NCBI RefSeq assembly: GCF_009914755.1
Contig: NC_060933.1
Direction: 5' to 3' (one strand)
Source of the DNA: the human T2T-CHM13v2.0 reference genome, Homo sapiens
DNA length: 64,000 nt
The translations under genes and the position numbers were made by a program. The notes below the pieces were generated by a model. It was not told where the DNA came from and made no database searches. It saw nothing but the letters and a program-made list of their open reading frames with translations. Positions 42,678 to 57,912 of the stretch are shown here, piece by piece (within the stretch, counting starts at the first letter, position 1; every line of letters begins with the position of its first letter).

Positions 42678-45159
42678 ACTGGCTAAATTATGTTTAGCTG
42701 TTATATCAAAGAAGTAGCATAAACAAAACTCTATCATATTATAAACATTAAAAATAGTTGGAAAAACAGGACTATTTGGAGAAAATATACTTAGTACAGA
42801 TCTGATATATAGAATTGTCTTCAAAGCACTGTCCTCAACGAGGTATTGTATGTTTAATACTCCCTAAATCCTGTTTAGTCAACACTACAATTGTGCCATC
42901 TTCTGAGTTTATACCTTCAGATAAATTAAGTTCACAATTAAGTTTAAAGGCCCTCTCATCTTAAGGGAGCACTAAAATTATTTCTTATGAAAACCTAATT
43001 GAGAAATGTTCTCAGTTACAATATATAGAGCCTTTCTGTATATCTACAAAATAAATCGAATTCCCCAAGAATGGAAAAGCCTTATCATTTCACTGAAAAT
43101 GTGCTAAATTATCCCTGATTCACATTTCTTATAATTAGCTATCTTTAGTTCTGGAGGCACTCTATATGGTATGATCAATCAAAAAATTAATGTCCCCAGA
43201 CCCACTTAAAATGAATCCCTGACCACTAAAGCATAGGCAGCTTATCAGCTAAACTCAGGAGCAGGAATGAGGTATTCTAATCTAAACCCAGCTATCATCC
43301 TCCAACTCCTCCCTCTCCCTCACCTCTATATTCAATTGACCAATAAACCCTACCAATATTAGTTTTTAAATTCTTCTTAGTCCCCTTATCTTCATCTTGA
43401 CTATCATCACCCTAGTATAGACCATCATCTCTTCTCTGGATAGATCACTCCCTTGTTGCAGGCTCCTACCATCCCCAAACAAACTCATCTTTACCCACGA
43501 ACATGTTTATCTTCCTGTACCCCCATTTTTAGTGGCATCCAATCTGCCAAACGATAATGTAAATGCAGGGCTATGAAATAGGGCTGCCAGGAAAATGAGA
43601 AAAGTAGTTACAGAACTGAAAACCAAATTAAGATTCTTGGCACGATTGTGATCATAACTGCCCTACATAGTTTAGTTAGAGCTGCATCTCTATAAACTGA
43701 AGCGTAGTCATATTTACTCTGAAATGATTGAAATAGAACAAAGGGAATTCAGCTTCCTTAAAGGAAGGATAGAGACCGCAAGCTCTGAGATAAGGCTTTT
43801 TTCTGACACTTATTATCCAAAATAATCTCAAATTCTAAACTGACACATATTCACCACTAAGGAAAAGTGGAGTCTTTTAGGTGTGGTCCCTTCTAATACA
43901 AGGACCACAGCCTCCCTGGAGGTTTGGGTGAGAAGGCAGAATGGGATGAAAGCAGAAGACAGGAAGACAAGTATTGATTTTTACCTTCTTGAAACAATCC
44001 CAGGAGGTCCTAGTGTGAAATTTCAGTGTCTGGGGTTAAGGTGGACAATGACCTAGGTCTCAGACTAACTTTTAGCATGTGAACACTAAAGCCTCCCTCC
44101 TATTGCTTAGCGTGATGTTTACCACTTAGTTGGATGGTTGAATGATACTTACAAGTATGCCTGGTAGTTTGCCAATCACAGGAGGCAAGTTATGCAGAGC
44201 AGAACTAAGGTGGCTAGAATACAGCAAAGGCTTTTCAACAATAGTCATAACAGGAGTCATAACAGCAGCAAAGAGAAATCAGGACCTGAAGAATACACCT
44301 TTGTATGGAAAGCAGTGGGCAGGTGCAAGGTAATGAGCAGGTTTGTCACATCAACCATGCATAACAGGAAGAACAACACTGTGGCACTGGATTCAGTTCA
44401 GTCAGAATGGTTAACCCAGAGATGGACTTCTTTGAGGAAAAAGCTATGCTCATGAGGTTCATGATAAAAATCAGGACAAATAAAGGCAGTACACACAATC
44501 AACCAACTCCATCTCAATGAAACCTACATAAACCCTTCCTGAACAGAGAGGCACTTTCCCAGTGAAACAATAAGTGTCTCATTGACTGAAGGCTGAGGCG
44601 TTTCCCACGTAAGAAGGAATTTCTGTTCAGTCCTTAGGAAGTTTGGGTAATGCTGATTTTTTTTAACATAAGTTAACTGAACCTAAAGAAGAGATTATTT
44701 ACATAATATCCAGCTTGAAAGTAAAAGAAACCACAGTGCTCACATAGTCTGAAAACAGGCATAGGATGTGCAAGCAGTATTACACATTATTTCATTTACA
44801 TCCATTGAAATAAAGAAACAAACTCAAAAGGGCAGGTAATGTGCCCAGGATTCCATTACTAACAGATTGTTTTACCTCTTCTGTAATTTAGCTGGCCCCA
44901 TCCTCAGCCAATAAGTGGACCAACCAAAACAAGAATACAGTCATTACTTGTTCCTTGCCCTGTACTTCCTGGGATCTCTCAGTCATTTCTGAAATAGCTT
45001 TGGGAGGGAAAAAAGCAGAACTCAGAGCTGCAGTTGTGAGCATTTTTCACAGAATTGGTTCATTCTCATTAGAAAACTTTAGGATTGGAGTGGAGTTTAA
45101 CTGCTTGAGTAATAGAGTATGGGTAGTTAATAAAATTTCATCTTTGGCATCATTCAAAC

Positions 45160-45360
45160 CTCAGTAAGGGTCCCAGCTCCTATAGTTTACTCACTGTGGG
45201 ATACTTCGAGCCTCAGTTTCATCATACATAAAATGTGGAAATAATACCTGTCTCCAGGGTTACTGAGAGGATTAAATGAGAAAATGGACATCCAGCACTT
45301 ATGAAAGTACCTGGAACCCAGTACATTCTCAAGAGATGGCAGCTACTATTATTTTTATGG
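45160..45360. mobile_element. MIR
   Basis: gagcctcagtttcatcat..taaaatg..gaataatacct...gaggattaaatgag MIR core. Confidence 0.72.
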
Positions 45361-47891
45361 TTATAATAGTCACGGGCCTCTGAAGGATCATGTTTACAAT
45401 TTTACCCACAAAGACCCTAGTAGCCTGTGGCTTTTACTTTTCCTTAAACTTCCCTAGCTATTTTTTTTAAAGAGCCTAACTTTGGTAGAAGAAAGGCAAA
45501 TCTCAGAGACAGAAAAGGAGAACACTGAATTAATGTTGCATTAGATGTCCGGTGAGAGGAATCTTTCAGAGGGTGTCAGTTCACCATTGGAGAAGGGATG
45601 AGCTTCATTTGTACAAAGAAGCAAGGAGTTTACTTTTGCTTCTGCAGATCTAGAGGTTTTCTACGGTGGGGCCAGACTGGCTAGTCCTCCCTAGAGTAGG
45701 AGAAAGGACATACGGAGAGATGGATGCCAGAAAGTAGGAGAGATTGAGATTAAGTAAGAGAAATTGGACCTAATGTTTTCTCATAAACTATTTAGTTTTA
45801 CCACAAGGTAACAGTGGTCATGATGCTGATGCTGATAGAGGTAACACTTGTTGAGAATTTACTGTGAATTAACTTATTTTATTTAATCTTCACACTTACC
45901 ATATTAGGTAGTTTTGTCATCATTATCCCCATTTTGCAGATGTAAAACTTGAAGCATAGAGAGATTAAGTTAGGAAATAGCAGAGGCAGGATTGGAACCT
46001 AGGCAGTCCACTTCAGAACCTGTATTTCAACTTCTACCCAATTCTATCCCTAACATGAGATTAGCACTCAGATCTCAGAGGAAGGAAGAGACCCCTTGAT
46101 GGAAAATGCAACTTGGGTTTGTTTTCTGTTTTAAGGAAAAAAATTACTTATATTTATAGAAAGAAAACCCCCTTGCCAAGCTTATCAACCTCTAATTGCT
46201 ACCGTAATTGCTACTCAGAACATCGCCTGGGATTAAGGCAGAGAATAACTGTTAAATGACTGCTATCTTTCTTGAGAGGGGGGAAAAGCCTGTTATAACT
46301 CCTCTTCTTATGGAAATAAAAGAGAGAAGAAAATAGACCAAAATGCTGGTAGAACAGCCCGATTTAGAAACTGCGAGCATCTCAAACACAAAGAGGAAGG
46401 GGGCTCAGGCCCTTGGTCAAGAAAACTAGAACCATATCCATTTCAGATGATGATGAACTCACTGGCCTAGGGACATGGAAGAAGTACAAGTAATGAAAAC
46501 TCAGCCATAGCCCATGTTTACAAGAATGAAAACACAAACCTCTTCAGCACTGAAAACACTATAGGAGATACCTGTACTAAGCTCAATGGTGTTCTGGTAA
46601 AGAGGAGAATCAGCTGGCCAGGATTGATGCCATATTCTTTCCAGAATGGCTGCAGCTATTAGTAAAGCTTCTCACAGTGCACGTGGAACACGTTTACAAG
46701 TACATAAAGTCAGTCACATGCCAGAAAAATAGCCATCCTGTGGCACTCCTCCAGCCTCCCTACTGGGCTGATGTCATGGGCTGATGACAACTGATAAAGC
46801 CAGAAGACAATATTCCTCTGGCCTTTAAAGAGAGCCAGCCAGGATAAAGACACAGTGCAGGGTATATTCATGCCCAGAAGTCGAAAGTACACTAACTTCA
46901 GGTAGTGCTCACAAAAGACTTTTAGAGCTGACAGGTCACTGAGATCACTGAGCCTAAGACTTTCATTATTGAGTCAAAGACACTTGGGCCCGGAGCAGGG
47001 AAAAGCTTGCCTAACACCAGTTTGAGAAAGACCTGGGCCTTACAGATACTCCAGGATAACCCACACCAGGTATCTTATCACAACAGCAAGCCACTTCTCT
47101 TCATTTCCCAACAGTCCCTAAGGCTAAGTGACCACTCTTCTTTTTAAAAGTGGATCAATTATATCATTTACCTTTTAATATCCAAAATTTGGCTCATATG
47201 AAAATCTATGTAACTATAAATACAAAGCATCAAAATGATTTGCCATTCAGACTATCACAGAAATTTTTAAATGTGGAAGCATGGTAAACATTTATCATAC
47301 TTTACAAATGATGTTATAGCTATAATTCTATTATGCCCTGATTTTTAAGCAAATTAACATTTATCCTAAATGAGTATTTTTAAAATATGAAATGTTTAAA
47401 TGGGCATACTCAATAAAAAATATGTAATTTGATATAATTGTAAATGACATTTTATTTAAAAAAATAAGCAAGCTTTGACACTACAGAAGCCATTTGAAGA
47501 GAAAAAATATAAACATGTAAATATAAATAACAGGACACACAGTACAATGGAAAATAAACAAAACTTCCACTCGGTATTAAAATAAAGAATAAAAATGATG
47601 CCTTCCTATACATTGTATGGCACTATTCTACATGTTGTAGAAATACCAATGAACTTACCCACCACAGGCAATATTCCAAGATTATGTAGTCATCAAGGAA
47701 AGAGATTCCATCCAAGTGGAAGGAAAGCAATTCAAAAATCAAATAACTACATTCATTTCATTATGAAGTTAGTAGAATTAAAACATAGAATTACTGCATT
47801 ATAGAAGAGCTGTTGTATTATAACTAAAAAACAATTCAGAAGAAATTTAAAAATGACTATTTCAATAGGAAAACTAGGATGTTAATATTAA

Positions 47892-48242
<351 letters not shown>

Positions 48243-48459
48243 TACTACACTGTTGTACAACAAACTTTACTGCTTGGATACTAAAATAAAGGAGGATAAA
48301 ATAATATTTTTGTAATTTTTTTGTGAACAATATTTTACTACAAAAATAACCCAGCTGGGTTACGACAAGAATTCATTTGCAGTTGAGGTTTGGCATTAAA
48401 AAACTAACAAGAGTTACATTAAAATAATAACATATTTCATTATGTGGACAGTTTCTCAC

Positions 48460-48610
48460 CTCGTCTTCCTTCAAACACGTCATTGATTTCTCTCAGCAGT
48501 GTTGACATGTCACTAATTTGGGATTCCCAAGCTTCACAAAATACATCTAGGTTTTCTTTAGCAATTTTACTAGATGGATGCAATGTCAATGTTTCAGCAG
48601 CAGAAATTAT
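48460..48610 (-). CDS. CTNNAL1: CTNNAL1 exon 11 (151 nt; IISAAETLTLHPSSKIAKENLDVFCEAWESQISDMSTLLREINDVFEGRR)
   Basis: Acceptor ctttag| and donor G|gtgaga. Confidence 0.95.
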
Positions 48611-49401
48611 CTAAAGAAACACAATATACACCTGTGTGAATTTCAAAATCTTAGCCCTCAGAATCACTTTGAAGACCAAAGGTAAGTAAGTCTGCTGTTC
48701 AATTCAACTCAATAAACAACTATGAAGTAATTTCTATACACAAGCTCCATGTTGGGCAATATGAAGATGCACAGTAGGACAAAATTTGCTGTTTCTTATA
48801 ATCTGACCTGCAGACAAATAGTATGCATTATTATATACAAACCTGCATTCAGGGAGCAATTCTCTTCATTCAAGTAAAACTCTGTTTGAACAAAGTTGTT
48901 CCCATAGAATAATTCAAACAGTTATACTCAGACCACAAAAAGTGTACTGTATACAGAGTAGCAAAGGTAGCAGTAATAGTGGTGGTGGTAGTAGCAGTGG
49001 TAATAGTAGGAATGGTAGTGATAATAATAAGTAACATATATACACACCCATGAGTACTTGGTAGATACATGCTTGAGATACTGTTTGGTGTTTGAGATAC
49101 ATTAATACATTAATATCCCCCAAAATATACAAATAAAATACTACTTTTTCCAAATAAGCATTATTCCATTTTTCAGCTGGAAAAGTTGAAGCTCCGAGAT
49201 ACCCAGTAACTTGTGCCAGACCCTATTACGAGTATACACAGAGTTGATATCTAAACTCAGATCTACCTGATCCAAGTTCAGGCTCTTTCCATCACATCAC
49301 ACTGCCACTCACAAAACACTTGTAAAGAGGGCAGAAATCATCCTGGTACTTTTACGTACCACCACATGGGCTAAATAAATGTGTTGAATAAATAAATAAA
49401 T

Positions 49402-49800
49402 TGTTGCAGAGACTGCTACGTTTTCATCAAAATCTGTTTGTCTTCCCTCTGGATACATAGGAAGATTACATTTCCCAGCCTCCCTGGTGGAGACATATGG
49501 CCACGAGACTGAGTTCTGTCCCCACTTGAATGTGGGTCACCACTTCCATCCTAACTGATCCAAACCTCCCTCGTGCCCCTCAGTGCTCTCTCCCTTCCAC
49601 ATCTGATGGTTCAATGCACAGGCTCCAGTAGGGACTTTGAGGTCCTGAGGGCTAGCGAGGCACAAAATGAAAGGGGACCGGATTGCCAAGAGGGAGAAAG
49701 ACATACCATTAATCAGGACTTAATACAAGTGAGAAATAAACTGCTATTATATTAAGCCTGAGATTTTGGCATTTGGGGTTTTATTTAGTGTTAGCTACTA
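49402..49800. mobile_element. MLT1-type (MaLR) LTR remnant
   Basis: acatttcccagcctccct...gactgagttctg...gagaaataaact...ttaagcc.tgagattttgg motifs. Confidence 0.6.
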
Positions 49801-50966
49801 CATGAATGAATTAATGAATCAACTAACATTTTATCTTTCATATAATAATCACTCTCTAACACAAAGGACTTGATGGATGCTAATTGTAATATAGGCAGAA
49901 AATGGATGGCTGGGTTGAGTCTTCACACACCTCCTGACCTGACATTCAGTAGAAATTACACTTTAGCTTCTACCTCAAAATAGAAGCCATCGACCAGACC
50001 CAACCTACTGAAATTTCCTGATGGCCCATTACATAAAACACACACACACAAAGATCCAGGAGCTAGGAATTCAGAGTTCAGTCTTGATATGTTCACAGCA
50101 GATCCTTTCCCTTCTACCACTTTCACCTTCTATTCATGACAACAGGCACTGATTCTGTCTACCTTCTTGTTTCACAGACTGGGGATATTATATCAAATAC
50201 TCATCTAGTAAGTAGTATTTTAGAGAATCCACTATGTGAAAAAATCATGCTAGGTGCTGGGGATAAGGTGATAAAAAAAGAAGATAAAAGCCCTCTATTA
50301 TGAAGCTTATACTCTAGTGGAGATTTGGAACTATAAACAAGCACACAATTAAAATACTATAAATTATGATAACTGCTATGAGGGAAATTAATAGGATAAT
50401 GTGATAGAGATGCCCATTACTAACAAGTGATGTTGTTGTTCCATGGAGTTGATTATATGGGATTATTCACACACACATGTATACAACTAACATGACTATT
50501 CATTCACCCACTACATACTAGTAGGCACTGTGCCCACGTTCCAGGTGCTGGGGAAACAGCTGTGAATGAAACAGATAAATGTCCCTGGCTTCATGGGACT
50601 CACATTATAACAAGCAGTGGGAGAGACACAATTAAAATAAATTATAAAATATTTTAGAAGGGAATAAAAATATGTATCAAAATAAAGGGTGAGAATGATG
50701 GAGGGGATTAGGTGGTCACAGTATTTTAAGTTAGAGAGTCACTGAAAAGGTGAGGGAGCTACAGGAAAATCGAGGGGAAGTCATTTGGGATGGGGCAGAA
50801 ACACTTCTGGAGTGTTCAAGGAACAGCAAGTAAGCCAGAGGAACAGACTGACATGAGCAAGAGGAAGGTGGCCAGTGGCCATGTAATGGAGAAGCATAGA
50901 TGGTAAGGACTGGATTTTCTTCTGAGTGAGAAAGTCATTGGGGAACTTACAGAAGATTAATATGAT

Positions 50967-51069
50967 CAGGGCCATGTTAGCTAATATATTAATAGTTGGT
51001 ACCTTTGAATGAATTACAGGGCCATGTTAGCTAATATATTAATAGTTGGTACCTTTGAATGAATTACAG
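50967..51069. repeat. Perfect 50-bp tandem duplication
   Basis: cagggccatgttagctaatatattaatagttggtacctttgaatgaatta twice, then cag. Confidence 0.95.
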
Positions 51070-52072
51070 CTAGCTGTTCCTCCCTCTGGGGTGGGCATAG
51101 TGTCACAGGCACAGCACTTGCCAAGCAGATGGCAGTGTTATAAGAACAAGGTTCCCCTCTTCAGGGAAAGCAGGCACATAACTTGCCATGGACTACAGGC
51201 TAGATTTTGGCATTGCTCTCCTCTCAACTAGTGTACAAACTGTTCAACTGTTCCCTCAGTATGTCTAACATTTTAAAGGAAGTATAAAAATAACATTGCC
51301 AAAGCAGAGATATCCAGAAATAAATTATCCCAGAGGCATGCTCAATGTCCTTAAATTATCCTTTTGTGAGGCAGATGGCAAAGACTAGGAGTGGAAGCTA
51401 AGGCTTTGGGAACAGAAAAAGCTTCTCAAGTTATGCAGGTTATTAACAACATGCTCTGCCACTATCCTGGGGAAGAAAATATGGCTATTCCTAATATCTC
51501 TGCTGCAATAAAACAATAAACCAAAAATTGCAACCAGATGGCAAGCAGGGCCTGAGGATAGGAGCAACAACTGATTGCATATGGCAGGAGAGTCAAGCCC
51601 TCCAGTTCTATTGGAATACTTTTGCAGCCAAGGCAAGAAAAGTGACTCCCATGCCAATATTGAAGACACAGTTTCTCCCAGTAAACAGATCCCTTGGTTG
51701 TAATAAAGTGTTCAGCAGATAATCATTGTGGAGGTTCATTCATATAGTTCCTGCTTTCATGATAAGCCTTTGACACTGTTCTCTACAGGAGAGCATGAGA
51801 TCATCCCTCCAACATCCAACATGATTCTCCTAGAGGGCACACACCATCGTTGAGTCTAGGTCACTTGCACTGTTCTCAGCTATAAATCAAAGATGCAGGG
51901 ACTCAACCTCTACTGCCCAATATTGCAAGTTAGGAGGAATCCTTTTGGCTGACAGTAAATAAATGAATATAAATAAAGTATAAATTAAAATATAAATAAT
52001 ATTTAAAAAAATAAACAAAAGAACAACTGCAAAACGTTATTTTAGAGCTTAGACTCTAAGAAAGAAGGAAAC

Positions 52073-52394
<322 letters not shown>

Positions 52395-52739
52395 TTAGAT
52401 TAATTTGACAGGAACAGTATTAAATGAGATAATCAGTTTTAAAAAGGCTTTTGAAAATTATAAGGACAAATGAATACCTCTACTATAGAAAATCCAGAAA
52501 AAAACCCTAGCTAAACAAGGATATTGTCATATAGGTATTTTCATATGTATATATTCTCTATACATATGAAATTATGGGAATAATTTGTATACATACAAAT
52601 CTGTACCCTACTTTTTTCATTTAACATTGAACAGAACATTCTTTCAGTGGTTGCTAATTCTGGTTATCATAATTATTATTTTAACACTATAATGTACTAT
52701 TTGCCTAATTTAAGATAGTTATTTTGCTTCTGATTGGAT

Positions 52740-53053
52740 CTTTTTTTCCCCCAGATATAGACTCTTGCTCTGTCACCCAGCCTGGTGTACAGTGACACAA
52801 TCATAGCTCACTACAGCTTCAAACTCCTGGACTAAAGCTATCCCCCTGCCTCAGCCTCCTGAGTAGCTAGGACTATAGGTAAGCACCACTGTACATGGGT
52901 AATTTTTGTTTGTTTGTTTTTATTTTTTATTTTTTGTAGACACAGGGTCTTGCTGTGTTGCCCAGGCTAGTCTCAAACTCCTGTACTCAAACGATCCTCC
53001 TACATCAGCCTCAGAAAGTGCTGGGTTACAGGTGTTAGCCACCATGCCTGGTC
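52740..53053 (-). mobile_element. Alu (AluJ-like)
   Basis: Diverged reverse Alu consensus. Confidence 0.9.
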
Positions 53054-53484
53054 CCAATTGAATCTTGTAAGTAATGTCATAACATTGTTTTGTTTGTGTT
53101 TTAGTCTCATGTCCTAATTATTAGCATGAAATGTATTTGAATCTTAGGTTGAAATGTGAATATTACATAACATATGGCTTCTTATGTCATGATAACTTAA
53201 TCTCCAAACATGTTATAACAAGTGCATTGTAAACAGCTTCCTTTAAAATAGATATAAACTAGAGTATTAATTAAATGAACCAGTCTCCAATTTGGCAGAT
53301 GACCAGCTCCAATGGAAGGTTAGCCATGTTCTGGCACACTACCAACAGAAATTCCATTATCTTTCTTTCTCTATGTATATTTGGACTCTAGTTATGAAAA
53401 ACCATTTATACCTTCCATCCACACAACTTGTTATAACACTCAGATACGACACAATACAGAAGGAGCAATCTGCTATTATCATAC

Positions 53485-53577
53485 CTGTTGGCCAGTCACC
53501 TGAAATGTCTCCTCTGCATGTATACAGGTTATTTCCAGAGGTTCTGTCCCAGATATGTGTCGTAACAATCGACAGGT
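53485..53577 (-). CDS. CTNNAL1: CTNNAL1 exon 10 (93 nt; TCRLLRHISGTEPLEITCIHAEETFQVTGQQ)
   Basis: Acceptor ttgtag| and donor CAG|gtatga. Confidence 0.95.
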
Positions 53578-54481
53578 CTACAAGACAATATGTCTACAGT
53601 TTAACTTTCACATCCTCATCCTCCACAATACATAGTATCATTTTATAATTAAAAAGAAAATTTTACAAATAAAATTTCTTAAAACCTATTAAAATAAACT
53701 TAAACATTACTGAGAAGATTATTATAATATTATATTGGTCACCAACAGATTCTCTGGGAACAAAGCAGATATCAATAAAGGTATAACATTGTTTCTACTT
53801 CCTATCCAATCATGGCAAGGTGGTTACAGAATATTAAAACAGAAAGAACCTTTGGAAAGACCTAGTAGTGCCCACATATTTTATATATAAAGAAATTTGG
53901 GAAAAAAAAAAGAAATTTGGCTCAGAGAAGTAACTTGCCCAAGGTCTCACAGCTAAACTATGTCAGAGTTACTACAAGCTACATGTTCTATCAACACTGT
54001 CTTCCAATGGAGCTAACATTGGATTAGGCAGACTGGTATAATAAGGACAGACCCTATATCAGAGGAAATTACTGAAAATCTTGACGCTTAAAACAGAAAA
54101 TCAGAGAACATTTTTTTTTTCAATGTTAAAAAGATTTGCTGCAAGATTCCTAAAATAAGCAGTTTCCCTATAGTTATAATATTTGGTTTATAAACATAGC
54201 AGCATCAAATTTATTAAATGAAGAAGCTATATCTACAGTCATTTTAAGAATGTTCCCCCAGAAGTTTTTTGGCTCCTATGTAAACAAGTAAAGAAGAGGA
54301 AGCCAGTTCAATTAGTCTAAAGGTTCCTTCTAACCATTAGTCTTTGAGATTTGGTGAACAGGGTATGTTAGATTATGTGAAGATAGCTAGATGGTTCATA
54401 TCTGTGCATTTATACACATGTTGGCTAGCAAATACCTCATACATACAAGCTATACATGGGTTCCGTTTTTTGTTTGGTTGT

Positions 54482-54842
54482 TGATATGGTTTGGCTGTGT
54501 CCCTACCCAAATCTCACCTTGAATTGGTAATAATCCCCGCATGTCAAAGGCGGGACCAGGTGGAAGTAACTGAATCATGGGGGCAGTTTCCTCCATACTG
54601 TTCTTGTGATATTGAATAAGTCTCATGGGATCTGATGATTTCATAAATGGGAGTTCCCCCCCTGTACATACTTTCTTGCCTACTGCCATGTAAGATGTGC
54701 CTTTGCTCCTCCTTTGCCTTCTGCTTTCATTATGAGGCCTCCTCTGCCATGTGGAACTGTGAGTTCATTAAACCTCTTTTTCTTTATAAATTACCCAGTC
54801 TTGGGTATGTCTTTATCAGCAGAGTGAGAACAGACTAATACA
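54482..54842. mobile_element. THE1-family (MaLR) solo LTR
   Basis: TGATATGGTTTGGCTGTGTCCC...GACTAATACA, about 360 nt, near-TSD gttg[t/g]. Confidence 0.88.
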
Positions 54843-54989
54843 GTTGGGTTTTTTTTCTAGTAGATATCTGACATTTTCAATAGGCAGAAGGCTCAGAATA
54901 TCAATTAATAAGCCTAACTGGAATTATAACACAAGTATCAGGTGAAGCATCAGTAACTCATAATTAAGATTTGGAATCATGTGCCAGAT

Positions 54990-55458
54990 GTCTTCTCATT
55001 GTCCCTCCTTAACTGCTCTCCTCCCTTCTCACATCTGCCTTTTGCCCTGGGAGACTGACTTATATTGTCTACACCTATGTTTGGATTATTAGGATTATCC
55101 TAATGGGATATCCAATGGGAAGCCCCATCCACAGATGAGCAGGACTGAGGAGAGAATGGGCCTTGACTCCCATGCTCCTCCCGGGAGGGTCACCTTGGGC
55201 TGTCTCTGGGCCTAGTCCTAAAATCACAAACCTCTCAAGGCAGTTCTCTGAAAGGCTTCCCCATTCCACATTCCCCTGCTGATGTGGGCCTGGGGTGGTA
55301 CCAGCCTTGCTACCACTCGCCCCAATTACTGCTCTCTCATGTATGGTTTCCCCCATGCCCTGTCTATGCAATTGTAAACAGCTTCTTTATTAAACTCTCT
55401 TCAAATTGTCCTAATTTGAGTGTGTCATCTCCTCCCTGCTGAGACCCTGACAGATTCA
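54990..55458. mobile_element. LTR33-like ERVL LTR remnant
   Basis: 3' end cctaatttgagtgtgtcatct...gagaccctgacagattca resembles LTR33. Confidence 0.55.
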
Positions 55459-55757
55459 AACAGAAACAAGGTCATATGACGTACCTCCATGGCTCTACTC
55501 CAAGGTCTAACTTCTCTGAGAGGATAAGGAAAAGAAGATTAAGAAGTTCATTTGTGGGTCTTAGCATTTTTTTTGTTTTGTTTTAGAGGCCAGACTGTTG
55601 CAGGAACAGAACAGATACATGGTATGCTTTTAAGATGCCAAAGGAGAGAGAAAATGCTCAGATAAATTAACCCAAAACTGTATTTGTGTTAACATTCCCA
55701 CATAGTTTAATAAAGCCATTATTAAACTACAATTTCTTTAGCACCTTGTTTACTCAC

Positions 55758-55916
55758 CTCAACAAGCTGCTCTTTCTGTTCAGAGAGTTTACAGGCATAT
55801 TCAGCCAAAGCTTCTAAATTTCCTTCTACTCCAGTAAGTTTTAATGCTTTTAGAACCACATGATCAGCATGGTATTTTAATAGATCTGCTGCCAGCTGTG
55901 TCGCTGTACTATGAAG
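55758..55916 (-). CDS. CTNNAL1: CTNNAL1 exon 9 (159 nt; LHSTATQLAADLLKYHADHVVLKALKLTGVEGNLEALAEYACKLSEQKEQLVE)
   Basis: Within ORF 55722..56015; acceptor ctgcag| and donor GAG|gtgagt. Confidence 0.95.
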
Positions 55917-57633
55917 CTGCAGATGTGTGTGTGGGTGGGGGGGTGGGAGGGTGGAGAAGGAGAAGGGTGATGAAGGAAAGAAAACAAACAATAACATTTT
56001 GTGACCAAGCACCACATCAGCACTTTAAAAACTATTAATAAAGAGAAGCCGCAAAGCAGTTCCATGGGTTCCACTGAGGGGAGGGTGTAAAGTTCCCTGT
56101 GTAACAGTAGGATTTGTGTAGCACTGGTGAGCTTACAGTTTCTCTCAAGGGCAGGAGTGATATCTAATTCATCCTTTAACCCCCTGGTGCCAGTGGTAAT
56201 GCTGTTTCTAGAAGATGAACTGGGTATTCAATGGCTGAATACCCTTGTCCCTTTTTCATTCTGTTATCAACCAGCTCTTTCCCATGTAGCTTTTCCCTTA
56301 GGTGAAAAATGCTTCTGCTAATCTTAAAGTTGGTGAGGAATGAAACAGTATTAAGAGTATTAAGAGTGCAATATTTAGAGTACTAAGAAAATTGGCACTT
56401 TGTGATCATTAATAAGTTCTTTAGCATACTTTTGAAAAAGTACCAATGTGAGATTCAATAAATTTAATAAATTTTATTAAATACCTATATCATGGCAAGC
56501 ACTGTAGCACTGTACTAGAGGCTGGGCATACATGACAAGTAGGACACAACCCCTGCCCTCAGGGAGGTTAGAATCTGTCTATAGTTGCCATCCAGATCTT
56601 GTACTCTCTGCCTCTATGAACAAATTGGGTCCCAGGAGAAACAATAGATTAAAGGGTAACACGAACCCCATGGTTTTATTGACTTTGGGTGGAATGCCTG
56701 GCTCACTCTTACTGGATATCTTTGGACACTATTAACTCCAAAATCTTTTCTTCTTATCTTGCCTTTTTTTTTTTTTTAATGATGTGACAGGTTATTTTGG
56801 GGTTGTCCAGAAATAGATCATTTTTAATAACATTGTTCTCAGAAAAATCTGACTTTGAATTAAATCTATTTGAATGAAGTGATTTCTTTTTTCCTGGAAG
56901 TAATCCAATCTCAATTCAAATTAGAGGATTGTCTCCAAAATTAACAATAGGATACCCTCTGCATTCATGCAACTAAGTGAGAATAATTACAGTTAGAAAC
57001 AAAGAAACTAAAATTCACTTTCCGTGGAAACTAAATGCCACATAAGAACTTAAAAAGATTTTGTTTCACCAGCAGGACCTTAGAGAATATCTAATGCCAG
57101 TCATTTATTTTACAGACTACGAAACAGCTCCACAGAGACTGTGTCTTGCCAAGGTCATGTAACTCTTGTCACGTGTAAGAGAGGGAGGCAGGACAAACGC
57201 AAAGTTCCTGCTCTATGCAACGTCCTGACAGCAGCCTTATATACATTATCTCCCTTAATCCTTACAAGAATTCTATGAGGTTGACATGGATATACCCATA
57301 TAAGAGGTAATGAAAATGAAGCCTGTGGAAAGCCACTCAGTTTATCACAAGGAGATCATCTTCTACTGACAGTCAGGATTTTAACAATACTTTGGTTAAA
57401 ACTGAATAGTCTGGAATGAAATGGGTAGGCTTTTTTCTTTCTTTTTTGTTTTGTTTTGTTTTTTTCCTTGTGTCAAGGGCAGCAGGCTTTTTATAAAGCA
57501 TAGAAAACCATGTCTTTCTATGTTTAACAGGATGTTTAAATGGAGATTTCAATAGACATATCAGTGCCAAGTAAGATGTGAAACAGATCACCACGTATAA
57601 AATTTATATAAGAAACATCCAAAAACCAATTTC

Positions 57634-57912
57634 AGCCAGGCATGATGGCTTACACCTGTAATCCCAGCCCTTTCGGAGGCCAAGGCAGAAACACTGCTTG
57701 AGCCCAGGAGTTCAAGACCAGCCTGAGCTTATAATAGTGAGACCCTATCTCTACAAAAAATTAGCCAGACATGGTGGCATGCACCTGTGGCCCAGCTACA
57801 TGGGAGGATGAGGCAGGAGGATCACTTGAGACCAGAAGGTCAAGGCTGCAGTGAGCCATGTTCACACCATTGTCTGGGCAAGAAAGTGAGACCCCATCTC
57901 AAAAATAAGAAA
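57634..57912 (+). mobile_element. Alu (AluJ-like)
   Basis: Diverged Alu consensus. Confidence 0.9.

Noticed and set aside
48958-49032. Thr-rich ORF over (GTA/GTG)n; also CA/GA tracts at 36877-36928 and the G run at 21762-21777
   Set aside because: Ordinary degenerate low-complexity repeats with no supporting context.
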